Part shown: piece by piece, positions 24,242 through 27,021 of the stretch
Layout of the letters: each line of letters opens with the position of its first letter
How positions within the stretch are numbered: position 1 is the first letter of the stretch
From: a bacterium
GTDB lineage: Bacteria > Oederibacteriota > PGYV01 > Palsa-1178
Length of the DNA stretch: 27,021 nt
Assembly: GCA_037138355.1 (NCBI GenBank)
Contig: JBAXIL010000022.1
Span: forward strand, 1 to 27,021
Direction of reading: 5' to 3'
Program-made: the position numbers and the translations under genes
Notes under the pieces: model-generated
The model's database searches: none
Told to the model about the DNA's origin: nothing
The model's input: only the letters and a program-made list of their open reading frames with translations

Positions 24242-27021
24242 ATGGGGAAAAAACCAGTAAAAGCAAAAAAGGGAATTAAAACAAAAAATAAAATGACAGG
24301 AGTATGGATATTATTTTCTATAATACTTTTATCCGCACTTGTCATGCGTTTGTATCAGCCTGACTGGTATAACGAGAGGCAGTTTCATCCTGATGAACGC
24401 TGGATAGTTGGAAGCGCTGTCCCAAGTATAAAATACTGGGGCGATAAACCAATAGGACTTCAGTATGGTTCTCTTCCTTTGTATATTCTTGCAACTTACA
24501 ATGATGTAGTCAGAGTAGTGCGTACAATGATTCCTAATATGGATATGAATAAAGCATTAATTGGTGGGGCGAGAGCTATATCAGGATTAGTGGATACCGG
24601 GACAATAGTTTTTATCTTTTTAATTTGTCTTTTGGTTTTTACTCCTTCCGTGGCTTTATTTGCTTCTGCGCTGCTCGCTTTTACTGCTCTGCATTTGCAT
24701 GCCTCTCACTTTTTTACTGTTGATACATTTGCGACTTTCTTTTCTGTAGGTATGATGTATTTTGCACTACGAATTTATAAAAAAGGTACTTTAGTTAATT
24801 ATATTTTGGCAGGCGCTTTTTACGGAATGGCAATTGCTTCAAAATCAGCAGCTTTACCTTTTGCTGCAGCCATACTTGTGGCTCAATTATTTAGGTTCTT
24901 TTCTATGCCTGGAAAAACAAGAGCCGATAAACAAAAAAAGATTGAGTCATGGATAAATCTTATTTGGGCTGGACTCACAGCTGTAGTGGTATTTTTTATA
25001 TGTATGCCACATGCCTTTTTAAGTATGCAACAATTTATAGACGACCAGAATAATCAGAAAAGAATACTTATTACAGGTGAGGCAGATGTGCCTTTTAATA
25101 GGCAATATTTAAATACAACGCCTTATTTGTTTTATATGGAAAATCTTGTTAAGTATACTATGGGGCCATACGGAGCAGTTGCTTTATTTGCTTTCTTCTT
25201 TTATATAGCAGCTTTTTTTAAAAATTTAACAAAAGGAAAAATACCTGGCAAAGAAATTGCAGTTATATTGGCAGGCGTATTGCCGTATTTCTTAATAGTA
25301 GGAACCTCTTTTGCAAAATTTAATAGATATATGATTCCTTTTACTCCATTTCTTGCTTTATTAGCAGCCAAGTTATTATTTGATTTTTATGCTTGGACAA
25401 AAAATAAAAAAATAGCAGGTCTTCTTATTGCTTTAACAACTCTTTCGGCAATATTTTATGGTTTGGCTTTTATGAATGTTTACACAAACTCGCACACCTG
25501 GATTCAGGCTTCGAGATGGATGATTAAAGAAATTCCAGTTATGAGTCAGGGAACGGAAAAAGCTCCTCATAGAACAAGAATCCTCAATGAGCAGTGGGGA
25601 GATGATCTTCCTGTAGGAGTTGACGGACACGGCTCAGGTGATTTTGAAAACTTAAAGTGGGCACTTCAGGAACCTGATTCGCCAAATAAAATCGAAGAAC
25701 TTTCGAGAAGTCTGTCATATACAGATTATGTTATTATGGCTGACAAACGTGCTTATGGTACTTATCAGCGTTTGCCACAGAGATATCCTATTAATTTCTA
25801 TTATTATTCAAATATGATAAAAAATGCAGATGTATTCGGTTATAAAATGGTACTTGATAAAGTTGTTTATCCATCGCTTTTCGGAATTGATATAAAAGAT
25901 GATAAAGCGGATGAAAGCTATCAACTATATGACCATCCAAGAGTTTATATATTTCAAAATATTAGACATCTTAAACAAGAAGAAATAAAGCAAATAATTT
26001 TAAATGGTAAGGCAGAAACAGAGGCGAAATATAGAACCAATGCCCAAGGTCAAGGAAGTGTTTCTTCACCAGCAAAAAGAAAAGATATGAACAATCCGAA
26101 CATAGGGCAGTTAAAAAATAAAATAGTTGAAGTCATACCGCAGCTTTCTATTTTCCTTTGGTATATATTAATACAACTTTTAGCTTTTATGGTACTGCCG
26201 CTCAATTTTACAATATTTAAAAATTTAAAAGATAAAGGTTATGGCATGGCCAAAGTGGCTGGAGTATTCTTATTTGTCTGGATTAACTGGATGTTGGTTT
26301 CTTTAAATGTCTGGAAATTCTATCAGCTAAATTTATGGATATTAATTGCAGTTCTTTTTGCAGCTGCTGCTTTCTTTACAGTTAAAAACAAAAAGGAGAT
26401 AACAGGTTTTGCTTCGGAAAATAAAAAATATATTTTAGTTACTGAAGCATTATTTCTTGGTGCGTATCTCTTATTTATACTGATAAAAATATTTTGTCCA
26501 GATGTACATAATATAGTTGGGCATGGCTATAATGGTGGTGGGGAACCTATGGGTATGGCATACCTATCGGCTATATATAATGATGTGAAATTTCCTCCAC
26601 ATGATCCTTGGATGTCTGGATTTACGCTTAATTATTACTACTGGGGACAGCTTTTGCTTGCTACAGTTTCAAAAGCCCTTGGATATGCTCCGAAAATAAC
26701 TTACAATCTTTCTTTGTCTATTTTATTTGCTCTATCTTTCATAGCTGCTTTTTCATTGTCATATAATATGACTGGTAAGTACAAGTACGGCATATTCGGT
26801 GGTTTTTTACTTGCTTGTGCTGGAAACTTCCATACTTTGTATTTTATGTTTGATAAGATGATAAATGCAAGTGGTTTGCAAAACATTATTGCTGGGATTA
26901 TGTCGTTCCAGTTTATTTGGGATCCGACCAGAATATATCCATCTCCTGTAATTACTGAAATGCCATTTTTTAGCTATTTATACGGTGATTTGCATGCTCA
27001 TAATATAGTTATACCTGTGAC
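24242..27021 (+). CDS. Large membrane protein: N-terminal GT-C (ArnT/PMT-like) module fused to DUF2298 / YYY-motif module; 3'-truncated by the window edge
   Basis: SD AAGGAG, ATG 24242, frame apparently open to the window end (>926 codons, hence absent from the track); FHPDER, YGSLPLY, HFFTVD, KFNRYMIP, ADESYQLYDHP, then PPHDPWMSGFTLNYYYWGQ and ITEMPFFSYLYGDLHAH. Confidence 0.85.
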   Translation, partial: MGKKPVKAKKGIKTKNKMTGVWILFSIILLSALVMRLYQPDWYNERQFHPDERWIVGSAVPSIKYWGDKPIGLQYGSLPLYILATYNDVVRVVRTMIPNMDMNKALIGGARAISGLVDTGTIVFIFLICLLVFTPSVALFASALLAFTALHLHASHFFTVDTFATFFSVGMMYFALRIYKKGTLVNYILAGAFYGMAIASKSAALPFAAAILVAQLFRFFSMPGKTRADKQKKIESWINLIWAGLTAVVVFFICMPHAFLSMQQFIDDQNNQKRILITGEADVPFNRQYLNTTPYLFYMENLVKYTMGPYGAVALFAFFFYIAAFFKNLTKGKIPGKEIAVILAGVLPYFLIVGTSFAKFNRYMIPFTPFLALLAAKLLFDFYAWTKNKKIAGLLIALTTLSAIFYGLAFMNVYTNSHTWIQASRWMIKEIPVMSQGTEKAPHRTRILNEQWGDDLPVGVDGHGSGDFENLKWALQEPDSPNKIEELSRSLSYTDYVIMADKRAYGTYQRLPQRYPINFYYYSNMIKNADVFGYKMVLDKVVYPSLFGIDIKDDKADESYQLYDHPRVYIFQNIRHLKQEEIKQIILNGKAETEAKYRTNAQGQGSVSSPAKRKDMNNPNIGQLKNKIVEVIPQLSIFLWYILIQLLAFMVLPLNFTIFKNLKDKGYGMAKVAGVFLFVWINWMLVSLNVWKFYQLNLWILIAVLFAAAAFFTVKNKKEITGFASENKKYILVTEALFLGAYLLFILIKIFCPDVHNIVGHGYNGGGEPMGMAYLSAIYNDVKFPPHDPWMSGFTLNYYYWGQLLLATVSKALGYAPKITYNLSLSILFALSFIAAFSLSYNMTGKYKYGIFGGFLLACAGNFHTLYFMFDKMINASGLQNIIAGIMSFQFIWDPTRIYPSPVITEMPFFSYLYGDLHAHNIVIPV

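Noticed and set aside
1..27021. Prophage, transposon or defence island within the window
   Set aside because: No integrase, transposase, phage structural, nuclease or toxin-antitoxin genes recognised; any element tied to the tRNA fragment would lie left of the window.

Overview
AT-rich bacterial chromosomal region, mostly central metabolism of a probable anaerobe. The window opens with the 3' three-quarters of a tRNA-Val(CAC) whose 5' part is aberrant, followed by an unannotated 32-aa CGCGCGC/Lys-rich ORF. Next come a class V aminotransferase-serA operon, purA plus a PabB-PabC fusion, and an aconitase with a ~145-aa low-complexity repeat tail. A duplicated beta-rich lipoprotein lies divergent from a TetR regulator. 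A minus-strand operon encodes Re-citrate synthase-like DRE-TIM enzyme, icd, mdh and fumarase alpha/beta. The rest comprises a LysM/M23 peptidase, a cold-shock protein, a B12-binding radical SAM enzyme, a GT-C glycosyltransferase, PPi-dependent PFK and a large GT-C + DUF2298(YYY) membrane protein that runs off the right edge (absent from the ORF track). No integrase, transposase, CRISPR array or rRNA is visible. The most unusual signals are the broken tRNA flanked by GAA-triloop hairpins, the tiny Cys/Lys protein, the aconitase tail, and intergenic spacers built from short periodic repeats arranged as inverted arms. All family assignments come from motif recognition by eye; no searches were run.
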